Assembly: GCA_013115145.1 (NCBI GenBank)
Contig: JAAPAO010000396.1
Coordinates: forward strand, 1-33,325
Direction of reading: 5' to 3'
DNA: 33,325 nucleotides
Source of the DNA: Perkinsus chesapeaki ATCC PRA-425
Taxonomy: Eukaryota; Protista; Perkinsozoa
Under the pieces are notes generated by a model. That model saw only the letters and a list, made by a program, of their open reading frames with translations, made no database searches and was not told where the DNA came from. Positions 1 to 10,659 of this stretch are shown piece after piece. The stretch's first letter is position 1, and each line of letters opens with the position of its first letter. Position numbers and translations under genes: made by a program.

Positions 1-174
1 GGGCATAGAGTCGCAAATCCGGCAGAGAATGGTCACAAAAACGTGATATTCTAAGTTAATTTGGAGGACTGTAGTGTGTCTCTGTGCTCTGGTATTGTGA
101 TGTTTAATTGAATGCGAGACAGCCCTCCTTTTTTTCACTTACCTTAATAGTATAATTGTTGCTGTCTATTGGTG

Positions 175-2187
175 ATGTTACATCAACCATCAAGTTGGAA
201 TAAAGCTTATCTTCCTCCTCGAAGTGCGCAGGACATTTCAATAGCTCAGAGAATCCTTGCAGCCTGTATTAGGACTATATCGCTTGAAACACCATCTCCG
301 CCATCCCCTTTTCATAGGCCTCCTGTCGCAGAGGCCGAGAGGCTTGGTAGGCTGTCCCCCGCCAAGCCTGTTCCCTATACCCTGACCCGATCGGATTTAG
401 CCACACACTTCATTCTCGGGGGCACTATTTGTATCAGTTCTACCTTCAAAGGATCCTGGCTATTACAGTGATTCTCGGTCCAACAGAGCAGATGGGAGAA
501 TCCGTCTTTTTCGATGTAATCGCCCGATGACTGTCCTTCCTTTTAGGTCGACCCAATGTGGCTGGAGGAGCTTCATAAACGACAAAAATCAACAACCGCA
601 CCACACCAGAAGCAACAGCAGCAGTCAGACGGCAGCGGTAGCGCTGAGGAAATGCAAGATAACAAGTTTGAGGCCCAACCATGGGTTCAGCAGACTCTAC
701 TCGAAACTGACACTCGAGCCCAGGAAATGTAAGCTCATCCTCCAGCGGTCGCCTGTATAAATTGGCAAAGAATTTTTGGTGAGAAGTTCCACTGGATTTC
801 GGCGAACCTCGTGAAGCGGTTTTCCAGTACTGTACATGTCTGCTTATGGCGATGTTCCGGATTTCAGGGGTCTCTTCGCCTACCCCTCAGCGAGCAGTGG
901 ATGGCGTGTGCTGCCATTGGGATCGATAACGTTACTCTTGGCAACATTCGCAGTTTCTATTGAGGTTGGTGTCCATCGATTACTGCTCATATTAATGCCT
1001 ACCTTTCAGCTTGGTCGCTTGATCTCGATTGATGATGATAGTGTATCGATTGAAGATTTCCATGAGAGATCTGAAGCTGCGATGGATTATGTTGACAGTG
1101 TAGCAGCGTCGAAGGAATGCCTTACCGACAGCCCCACCACCACCGGGGTAATTAGTGAAACGGTTGATCGATTTGGCTTCAATCTCCACAACACACCTCA
1201 TGCCGTTTGTGCACTTCTATACTTCATTCTGGAAGTCTTAACTTATTATAATATTGTTATTCCTTCATCCTCCAGCCCTCGCCCCCAGTTCTCTTCCCTA
1301 TCTATAGGTCACCTCTCTTTTATCATGCTCTCTGCTGCATCCTCCAGGAGATTCGACGAGATCCTCCCGGGTTGTCGAAGCAGCGGTACTGCTCACAACG
1401 GGTGCCATTATGGAACGCCTTTACGGTAAGGAGGAGGGATTTCACGGCGCGCGAGAATCTTCTTTTTAGGTCCGCTTCAATTTCTTGGCGCAGTGACGTT
1501 AACTACAGGACTGAGTAACTATATCGGTCTGAAGTTGAGTGGTACAGAGTTACCCCTCATGGGGACATCTCCTGCGGTTTTCTTTGGCGTTGGATATCTC
1601 GGCATTGCTCGACCGTTCTCAATGTGGGCCATCCTGCCCAACATACCTATTCCTTGCTTGTGGTTAATGGCACCGGCTACAGTCAGTCTAGCTACTCGAG
1701 CATGGTAAATATCTTATGTCGAAGCTGGTCATTTTCAGTACCTCAGGCGATTACTTGGCAGCCGGTCGAAGCAGGGAGAAGAGGAAGAGTTAACTGCTGC
1801 CAATCGGGGGCCCTACAAGGACCTATCCGATCGAGAGCTCCGTCGGTTAACCAGTGAAGTAGCGGTGGAACTGTCAATGATGGAGTCCGTGGATGAATCT
1901 CAAGACGCGGCCCGTTCAGTGTCCACATTGTACTCCCCCGGTCTTAACAGGAGCGAACTCAATGCTAGTAGGCGTCGCGCCATAAGCCTTGCTCTTTATC
2001 GCCCTCATCAGGTTTGGTATCTCTACAGGATCGTCTGGATGATCTCCGTGCTGAGTGGTCGGCTCGTGGAGGATGGCCGAGTGATCGATACGCTGCTTTT
2101 ATTAGTGACTTTGCCGCGATGCTCCTCGGGCTGGGATGCGCTCTCGCCACTCGGGGACGTTTCAGAGGGAAGTTTCCGACTACTTAA
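175..2187 (+). CDS. Rhomboid-superfamily membrane protein, multi-exon, probably catalytically inactive; 5' end uncertain
   Basis: Splicing introns 1426-1469, 1705-1746 and 1968-2011 gives ...VLLTTGAIMERLYGPLQFLGAVTLTTGLSNYIG...LPLMGTSPAVFFGVGYLGIARPFSMWAILPNIPIPCLWLMAP...RYAAFISDFAAMLLGLGCALATRGRF...TT* (TAA 2185-2187). This resembles the rhomboid TM2-TM6 pattern (ER.YG..RF; GxSG-like GTSP; IPIP). Upstream exons (about 319-730, 836-1230) are joined less securely. Confidence 0.68.
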
Positions 2188-2222
2188 ACCCAAAACAGTC
2201 AGATTTGTCAATTGAAGACATA

Positions 2223-3332
2223 TCAGCTTTGCACGAATTTGCCATTTAAAACGCTAACGCGGTACCGTTGTAGAGGCTGGCTTTCTGGGTGCCCGCGAAC
2301 CACCAAGTCGACCCCTTCGTCAATTTGAGGGACGTCACTCGAGGCAGAGAAGCACTCGGCAGTGGTGTAGGTTGTGGAGGTCGATCCCAGCTTCATCGAG
2401 ATATGCTGCTCTAGTAGTTGTCGTCGGTCAGTGTAGTGCCGTACCAGAAACACCTTCACGGTGCCGATGCCCAACGGCCTGATTTTGTGTCGATGGCTGT
2501 CCCCTGGACACAAGACGAGCTCATCATCGGCTGGCAAGTTCCAGGCTATGTGGAGGTATTTCAAGGACTCATGAGAACCAGCTTCAACCCAAAGCGTCCG
2601 CGGTGTGTTACCGGCATCACAGCAAGCATCCGACCAAGGATTCCGGAGAAGTACCCAGGTCTTGTCGAACTGTCGGTAACACCCAACAACAGCATACGCG
2701 TGATTGGGAAGCAACTGACCGCCTTCGGGCACGTCGGCTGAGGTGCCAATGCATGCAATGCAATGACCGTCTATTATACCATCGAACACTGCAAGTGCTG
2801 CCTTCGACCAATCGATGGTCTCGGCCAACCATCCGGAGAGATGGTGCATGATTGCTGCTGGATTACTCTGTTGACCAATAAGGGCGTTGAGATTGTCAGC
2901 CGGTGATTGGCCGAGGACAAAGTGGACCCTCTCGGCAGCAGTGGCCCAACAGGACGCTCCATGCGAGGAACAATCCAATCTGTCATTACCATCGAAGATA
3001 CCTAAGGATATGTCATCGACGCGAATTGTCCTCCAAGTACCATTGACGAACCAACACTGTACGACACTCGATCCATCAAATGTGCTGCATCTCACTGTTG
3101 TACATCCGTAGCGTTGACAATGCCCCTGAATCGCTATAGTGGCGGCTACCAGCGAGCAGCCATCCCCTCGACCCTGTTCTATCCCACTGAGGTCATCACT
3201 CCAATTAACTTTCCTTAGCTGGAGGGGCCCATAAAGCTTTGGTGTGGGTAGGACGGTGATTGTGTCTGGAGGCAGATGTATGCCATTAACTGTATCATAG
3301 TCATCGTGAGACGTTGGAGCCTGCCATGTCAT
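2223..3332 (-). CDS. Calpain-like cysteine protease (peptidase C2 catalytic domain), apparently intronless
   Basis: One long ORF with all three calpain triad motifs in order: IEQGRGDGCSLVAA (Cys), LLPNHAYAVVG (His), VLLRNPW (Asn), plus W.VNGTWRTIRVDD. First ATG at 3332; the ORF track starts at GTG 3359 and an upstream exon cannot be excluded. Confidence 0.85.
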   Translation of the reverse strand: MTWQAPTSHDDYDTVNGIHLPPDTITVLPTPKLYGPLQLRKVNWSDDLSGIEQGRGDGCSLVAATIAIQGHCQRYGCTTVRCSTFDGSSVVQCWFVNGTWRTIRVDDISLGIFDGNDRLDCSSHGASCWATAAERVHFVLGQSPADNLNALIGQQSNPAAIMHHLSGWLAETIDWSKAALAVFDGIIDGHCIACIGTSADVPEGGQLLPNHAYAVVGCYRQFDKTWVLLRNPWSDACCDAGNTPRTLWVEAGSHESLKYLHIAWNLPADDELVLCPGDSHRHKIRPLGIGTVKVFLVRHYTDRRQLLEQHISMKLGSTSTTYTTAECFSASSDVPQIDEGVDLVVRGHPESQPLQRYRVSVLNGKFVQS

Positions 3333-3551
3333 AAAATTCACTAATTTCTTATAATTCACATCGGCATGCTGACAAGTACAAAGATTACGAGTAGATTTCG
3401 ATGCGAAAATATTCTCCGTAACTTTCTAACAGTTTCCTAAGGAAGCTTCAAGCCTATTAGACAACAAAAGGTCGGAAAGAGCAATGAGGGAAATGTTACA
3501 CTACGACGTTGGTTGACATGCAGCAGAACAAGCCTTAGCAATCCTATTTAA

Positions 3552-5764
3552 ATGTTCTCACTCCAATGGTTGCTACTCTGCTCGACAGCATTGGCCTCTG
3601 TGTTTGATCGAATGTTCGAAGACCCTCTTTGTGAAGGGTCGCGTGTGTGGTCTCGATACCGGTACGACCGCTCCAACCGATTCGAAGAGCCATCATCTGC
3701 TACTCAGGGAGCTCCTATCCGACCCTTCCCTGCCACTGCATGACAAGACCGTGGCGTCCCAGGAGTTTCTATACAACTTAGCCGTACACGGGAAGACATT
3801 GCTAGATGACGAGTAAGCCCCAACCATCGAAGACCCTTTGCGAGCTTCAACCTAAGATACCCCTGTCTCCTTGGTGTCATCGCCAACACATACTATCGAC
3901 TGGTCGCTGAAGGTCTGCCCATCATGGAGCTCCTCGATTTGTATGTAAATGGCCTCGTTAACAGTGGCACCGGGAATGCGTGAGCCATTAGTGGGCCACC
4001 CCAGTTCAACGGTTACTCTGAAGTTACTATACCGTCTTTGACAAGCCCGAATGGGGCGTCACCGAGGATGATTTCTCTGCTTTACGTCGATCGATTCTCT
4101 TATCCTTGAGAAAGGCTCGACAGGGCCTGTCAGAGAGCACCGTCCTCGAGGGCCCGCTAGCATCACACCTCCGACAGCAGGCAAGTCCGACCACTCCCGA
4201 GGAATGCACTCAACAGCAGATTGCTGATTACGAGGCGCGTCGACGCGAAGTTATCGACGCAAACCTTGAAGACCTCCTCCGACCCTATTGGGAACCTACT
4301 CCAACAGAAGTCCTTGTGGTCCCGACAAGCGAGGTGCTTCACCGACCCCGTTGACCACGGCCGTTCTTCTTCTTTCAGTCCCGAGGGCTCGCTGGAGTGA
4401 AAGTCTTCGTGTACTCTGACGGATCAGACGGGCTCCGATGGCTGACTAGTGGCACTGAATTCTGCCGTCACAACCAATGGGGCATGGATGTGAGCCCATC
4501 TTGGTCGCCGTCGAGAACAGTAGTTCCTTCCGAAGGTAACTTTGCACGATTTCTTCACGACATCCGCCTACTCCACTTTGAGCCCAGACGATGCCGATTT
4601 CTTCCTCGTAGTCAAATCGACGGGTGTGGGGTTCGAACCCGCGTCGGTGACAGGTCCCCGGCTGGCCCGCATGCCACTATTACATGCGATTACCTGACGA
4701 CTGTCAGAACCGGACCACCGAGGCCTACGAGGACGCCGTTGCAAATCTGCCGTAACAGCGCATATCCAAAATCTTCGCAGTGCGGTGCTCCTGCTCAGAT
4801 ACTTCAAACACACCCGAGGTCGAGACCATATTTTCCCAATCTACTTCTCTGATTTCTTTCAAGGTTTCCGAACACAGATTCCCGAGAGCTCAATTCTCAA
4901 TCCCGAAACCGAGATTGCCTGGGAGCGTTCGCTCGATGACTTCCCGTCGCACGAGCGAAGAAATGCCTTTGACGTTTACAAAGATATCGCCATACCACCT
5001 CTCCTCGAGCCAAGTCGGATACTTCCTTTTGCTCTGTCGGCTCGGGCCATCACCGACAGAGAGATTCTGGCGTCGTTCGCCGGGAAAGCTTGGTCGGACA
5101 TCACCGAGGTGTACGCAATTCGACGGCAAATGAAAGAAGTATTTGCCGATCGGAATGACAGTGTGATTCTTGTTGAGGAATCCATGCGAGATCTACTAAG
5201 TCAAGACGACATGGCCAACCTGATGGGCAATTCCATCTTCTGTCTGATCCCTCGTGGACGGGTTGCCTGGACAGTCAGACTCTACGAGGCTCTCTGGGCT
5301 GAATGTATACCCGTCATTCTAAGCGATTATCTCGAGCTGCCATTCGAGCAACTTTTTGATGTCACCAAAGCCACCATCAAATGGCCACAAGATGAAATCC
5401 ACACACTTTACGATTACCTCAAATCTGTCTCAAATGAGACCCTTCAACAATACCGAGCTGCTGGTCAAGCCCTCCGATGCTGGTATTGGCCCATACCGCT
5501 CCTTTCTATGATCATGCCAGGTACACCTACCCCCCTGGAGACCTCTATTGGTTAGTTAACCGATCCGAACAAGATTCACTTCAACTCTTAGAGAGTCTAT
5601 GCCCAAACCTTTCCTCCTCCCGCAACGCCATGGTTGCCGTGGTAAGCCCACATTCATGAGCCCCTCCCAAATAACCATGCATTATTTAGGCCCAAATTCT
5701 GTCACGTCGAAAACGAGCAACTCGAAGTGGCCGAAGAACCTTTTGGCCGCACAATCATTCTTAG
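3552..5764 (+). CDS. Exostosin-family glycosyltransferase (GT47), multi-exon, N-terminal signal peptide/anchor
   Basis: Hydrophobic N-terminus MFSLQWLLLCSTALA. Spliced motifs VKVFVYSD, C..NQWGMD, DADFFLV, LPYFKHTRGRDHIF, SIFCLIPRGRVAWTVRLYEALWAECIPVILSDYLELPF are typical of GT47. Last intron 5642-5689, then AQILSRRKRATRSGRRTFWPHNHS* (TAG 5762-5764). Confidence 0.9.
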
Positions 5765-6140
5765 ATTCTTGGGCGCGCGGTGTATTCTGTGGCGCGCGAG
5801 ATTGTAAATGTTTCTGTGCGACATTTTGTGCTGACCTGCGCATCTCTTTATAATGATGTCATTACTTAGGAGAGTATCTTTATTAATTAATTCATAGGTT
5901 AACCTCGAAGACGTCATTCTGCTGCAAAAATATCTTTTTAGTCCCTTACACTTCGTCGACTCGTGCTAATCTTCGTCGTCAGTTCCACTAGCAGCTAAAT
6001 GAGCCTCCACGTGGCGCTCCTTGAAATTGCAACTTGCCGTCTCCTCGTCACTGAAGTTCTTTTCTGACACCTCTAGCTGCCACATGTAGCTCTTGCCATC
6101 CGTTAGCATTACTCTTACTCTCCTGTTTCTATTTATTATT

Positions 6141-7291
6141 ATGTGTAAATACCCTAACAACCACACTTCAGTTGGTTTAGCGGCATCAGTTGTGTCAAGC
6201 CGCAGCGGCAGCAACAGTTCCACCAGCAGGCATCATCACAGTAAGTCTTTATCATTAACAATATAGGCATTATTATGCTCTTAGATTCAGCCAATAGGAA
6301 CACATGCGAAGTCCCCGGATGCGGTAGAGTTCCCCGAAAATCGTCGGACTCTGCACGAGCCAGGTGCGTGTTGCCGTCACATGCTGCTTCTTCATTTTAC
6401 TCCCTCCGAAGGTTCTGTACTCGACACGGTGGTGGGAGACCATGCCACTATCCAGGCTGCCAGGTGGCTGCCCGAGGCCTCTTAGGCTTCTGCTACCGTC
6501 ATCGTCATTATGCTAACGGCAATGCCGCTACTGCGGCCGCCTACGGTAACGGTATCGATGGTAAGGCAATGCCATCCCCAACTCCTGAGGCTACCGAAAA
6601 CGATATTAGAGCCTCTCGCTTGGAGTCATACGTTCCTGTGCCCAGTAAGTGCTATTATTACTAATAATCTTGTTATCATCATTAATGTTCAGGTGGCATA
6701 GATTCAGTCGAACTCGCCGCGCTTACCTACATAGCTTCGACATTGAAGGCCAGCGAGGCCGCAGCAGCGTCGTCGACCGCAGCATCAGATGTCAACACAC
6801 CCCAGGCGGCGATTCAAGACAGCACGTCGGTTACCAGCCCTGGCACCCCCGATTGCTTCTCGCCCATAACAACACCTTCCTCGCCGGCATCTTCGGCACC
6901 TTCGAGCCCATTGCTCGACAGCAGCAGCAGCAATAACAACAGTCAGTCTTTGGTACCGGCTCTATCATCAATCTCAACCTCGAGCACGCCCGGATCACCA
7001 GTAACAACTCCTACTGCATCGGATCCCATCGACGCTGCATTCGCAAACCATTCCTCAGCATCTTGTGATATTGATGAGCTATTCTCAATACCGACTATGC
7101 CACCTACTCAAAGGCCTGTGTCTGTCTTTGGTGTCCCTCCTCCTTTTGCTGCCAAATCGTCTCTGCCACCCACTGCAGCAGCTGTCGTAGGCGGGGCCAC
7201 GGTAGCATGTGGGCCACTAGGCGAGACACCTAGTCTGATGGATGAGGGGGAGAGGCAGACTGTCTCACCCGCAACTGTTACTGGAATGTGA
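6141..7291 (+). CDS. WRKY19-like (CxxxGC...CxxHGGG) zinc-finger protein, copy 1
   Basis: TCEVPGCGRVPRK...RFCTRHGGGRPCHYPGCQVAARGLLGFCYRH followed by a Ser/Pro/Thr-rich tail. Introns at about 6241-6284, 6363-6410 and 6646-6692. Start codon uncertain. Confidence 0.75.
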
Positions 7292-7409
7292 TTATCATAA
7301 CCGATCTGTAAATTCTAGAACTATTACATTTACTGTGTCGATGTCTTCTTCTTCTCAATACTACCACTCACTACCATTTCCCATATCGGATCTGTTCCTT
7401 TCTTAAGCA

Positions 7410-8338
7410 ATGAGTAATCGTGTTATTTTATTCTCTTATATTATCTTCCCAGGCTTTCATCCATCCCATATGCTACCCGCTCACACCACCTCCTCTACTG
7501 TGTGCTCGGATATGGATACAATTTCGAGTATAACTGTTGACTCCTTGAATAACAACGGCAACCCTGTAGTTGCTGGGCTGTCGCAGAGTGACCGAGGAGG
7601 ATCTCCAAACCAGCTTAAGCCAAGTAATCAGTACATCCTCAAACGTGCCATCAATTGGTCCATCTTAGAGAACCGTGGGCACTCCCTTTGTGAAGTGCCA
7701 GGCTGCACTAGGTTGTCCAGGAAGGGCCCGACCTCCGAGCGAGCAAAGTAGGATGCTTTCCCGTCTCCACCATCGCTAGTTGCTGTTTAGGTATTGTACT
7801 CGCCACGGTGGAGGAAGACCATGCCAATACCCAGGTTGTCGTGTGGCAGCTCGAGGCCTTCTTGGATACTGTTATAAACATCGTCGTTTCGGGAACCTTG
7901 CAGCAGCAGCGCCAGAGTCATCATCTTTACCTCGTCATACGAATGGAAGAACTCTACGGAACAGCGATAATCACAACAGCAGGAGGACCTTCGGAGAAGA
8001 ATTATCGGCTGTGATGAGTATCTTTCCAACGGATGCCGATAGAGGTATGAAACCGACGAATGATTCTCCTTCTTATGCGCTTCTTCTTCTTCTTGTCAGC
8101 AGTTATGTGCTCAACTAGAGAGTGTATGGTAAATCATACTTCACCATTTGGCCGCTTTATGTGCCCTCCATCAACAACAAGCCACACAACAAAACCACTT
8201 TCATACTTGAGCACCGCCACCAGTATCGACGATCTCTTCCGCAATCCTTGCATTACCGGTATGACTTCTGCTGCGTCCGCCGCCGCTGCTGTTGCTTCTC
8301 ACAAGCCCATTGTACCCCTACAAGTTATGAGGTTCTGA
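7410..8338 (+). CDS. WRKY19-like zinc-finger protein, copy 2 (tandem paralog)
   Basis: LCEVPGCTRLSRK...KYCTRHGGGRPCQYPGCRVAARGLLGYCYKH, with the same intron positions and phases as copy 1. It could alternatively be joined to copy 1 as one transcript. Confidence 0.75.
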
Positions 8339-8639
8339 CAATGTTCAAGTCGTTAATACGACGATTACCCTCCTCCCTTTTTTTGTCTTTGTTTATACTC
8401 GTAAAATATCTCCAAAGTGAGGAGTTGTTGTTATGACGGCCTAATATCACAATTAAGCGATATTATCGCCATCGGCTATTTCCCCGTTCTGCTTCATTTA
8501 TTTCATTAATAACGCCATTAAGGATGCGTCATGTTATTATCGTAATAGGAAAAGATAACATTCGAAGACATTCGCTGTCCTACAATTGCTACAATTCGTC
8601 TCGCATAATTCTATGATTCTTTCAGTTCATCGCTTACGA

Positions 8640-9050
8640 TTAACTGGTCTTTCTCGGTCGAAAGAATCGGGTATTTGGGCGCTTGTGTGCTGCCAGCGAG
8701 TCGTTGAGGGCCTCGGTCTTATACGCATCCACGAAATTTTTACGGCCAGTTCAAAACTCATTTTAGCCAACAGTTGCTAAACCACTCAACTTTTCTGTTG
8801 TCATTTAATCATTGTCTTGTGTTACATAGTCAATGACGAGCTTGACGAAACTACCAACGAATGAAGGAATGATTCCCGGCAAGATCAACTCCCCTAAAGT
8901 CTCACTGGTCCACTCATTGCCTCTTTATTGATAATCATTGCGGTGGTAAGGTGTAGACGGTCACACTCGTTAATGGAAAGTTGTGAAGGTGTCCCTTTGG
9001 AGAGTCCGAGGAAATCTGGCTTCCATTTTTCGCCCTTCTCCCACACTCCC
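8640..9050 (-). CDS. Probable exons of an uncharacterised gene (possibly the 3' part of the UIM-repeat gene)
   Basis: Coding-like pieces EKGEKWKPDFLGLSKGTPSQLSINE / GNEWTSETLGELILPGIIPSFVGSFVKLVIDY joined by a 44-nt GT-AG intron. No family recognised. Confidence 0.3.
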
Positions 9051-9323
9051 GAAAAGATAGCGATTTACATACACAAATAAAAAAGGATAGGACAAAACGT
9101 TGACAGCCGTGTGTCGGCGATACGATGAATCATTTATTACTTTACAGAGGATGTTCAACAGTCTTCAGAGTGATCGAGCTTTATTTGGGACTTCACACTT
9201 GAAAGGGGACAACACGAGGAAATGTTCTAAACGCGTATAGTGTAATTTACGTGCATGTTTACCTCTACGATGAGGTATGATAGGTTATAACTCAATAACA
9301 ATGCGAGATACAGCAAATCATGT

Positions 9324-10433
9324 TTAATCTGGCTGTGATGTGGTCGATAAACTTTCTCTAATAGCATCATATACTGCAATATCTTCTTCCTTTCTATCCA
9401 TATCCAAACTCTCTGCGAGTCCAGCATCATCCCCGCGCTTGGCAGAGCTTGTCGAGGACCGCTCATCTCGACGGATGGGAAGGTTCTCCTTCAATGAGTT
9501 GGCGATTGCCATCTTCATTTGTTCGTCCTGAAACAGTCGACGGCATTGTCATTTTGCCGGAGCCATACGCCGGTCTTCCCAAAAGTCAAATGCTCGCTGC
9601 GTCACACGTGCCTTGCTAGGTTTACGGATTGGCTTGGCGCACCCACTACAAACGCCGACCGTGGGTGAGCCGACTACCAGTGAGTCTGTATCACAGAAGC
9701 GAACAGCTTGCGGAAAGCTATCCGATCAGTTCATTATACCAATTCGGTGATTTGAACGTGCTCTCACTAAAATAGCAATGAGATACTTCGGCTGTTCCAA
9801 GGACTATACCTCAGAAAGGGCGTGGTAAAGCTCATAAGTGTTGATGCTGTCCTCTATACTGCCTTGCATCTCCCGAAGTTGAGCAATATGGTCGACCTCC
9901 GGCATTGACCGCAGCTCAGTCAACCGAGGGTCCCTGATGCGTATACCAATACCAATGAGTTGGTTTCATACAATCGTTCGTTCTCCGCCGTAATGTGGCT
10001 CTCGGCCAAAGCATCCTGGAAGTTGGCCTCCTCATCGGCGTATTCTTCCAGATACCTGTGGAGAATCCTTCCTAGTGCGATGTTACAGTAGCTTGCTCTT
10101 CAAGCGATTTTTGGATAAGTTCTTTCATTCTTTCCTCATCCTCCCGCTGCAGCAGTCTCGTCCCGTAGGAATGTTCAGGGTTCCAAATGACCTTAACAAC
10201 TCTACTAATAATTTGCCACACTAGACTTTACCTTCTCGGAGCCTTCTGCATTCACCGGTGCATCGGCGTCCACATAAGGCTGCGAAAATGATGAGCAAAG
10301 ATGAGCAAGCAGTCAACCTGCCTGCAGCGCATCATCTCTCGTCTGCCGTCTCGGCAGCTCGTCCAATCCCGGTTCTTCTTTTCCGGCCACCAACGCCCAT
10401 CTTAGGCCACCAGGGGCTGCCATTACCTACCAT
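9324..10433 (-). CDS. Multi-exon protein with several ubiquitin-interacting-motif (UIM)-like helices
   Basis: Segments EDEERMKELIQKSLEE, DEEANFQDALAESH, DEQMKMAIANSLKE and EEDIAVYDAIRESL fit the UIM pattern (acidic-x-L..A...S). One join needs a GC-AG intron (10056-10096, gcaagc...acag). The middle joins (about 9560-9810) are unresolved. Confidence 0.5.
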
Positions 10434-10438
10434 GATAC

Positions 10439-10525
10439 GGTACTACCAACCAAAGACGTTTTTAGACCCCCCCACAGCCTGTGGGGGGGTCTAAAAACGT
10501 CTAAAAAGTTGGTAGTACCAACTTT
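10439..10525. repeat. Long nested inverted repeat (hairpin/cruciform-forming)
   Basis: Perfect 23-bp stem 10455-10477/10479-10501 with a 1-nt loop. Outer perfect 12-bp stem 10439-10450/10508-10519. Overlapping second perfect 10-bp hairpin AAAGTTGGTA-G-TACCAACTTT at 10505-10525. Confidence 0.97.
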
Positions 10526-10659
10526 CTGACCTATACCTATTGTTTTATCAACAATATCGATTGGTTTCGTTCTACACCTCAGGTTCCCCCCTCAACGAGG
10601 GTCAGTTCCCTCGTCGAATATATAACTGAGCATTTCTCCTCACCGAGCGCCAATTTAAC

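Noticed and set aside
140-270. Possible minus-strand exon (…HFEEEDKLYSNLMVDVTSPIDSNNYTIK|gtaag)
   Set aside because: Cannot be joined in phase to an upstream exon, overlaps the candidate rhomboid 5' end and lies at the window edge; unresolved rather than supported.
370-400. Antisense GQGIGNRLGG resembling a fucosyltransferase motif
   Set aside because: In-frame stop immediately upstream, no acceptor, and the + strand is better supported as coding.
4626-4700. tRNA-Asp-like pieces on the minus strand (TGTAATAGTGG, CCTGTCAC, GCGGGTTCGAACCCC)
   Set aside because: The B-box-like part is best read as GT47 coding sequence (GVGFEPAS), the arm spacing is wrong and no stems form; treated as probable coincidence.
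9735-9770. GTTCAAATC B-box on the minus strand as another tRNA fragment
   Set aside because: No T-stem pairing, no T-run, and exon/intron status is unknown.
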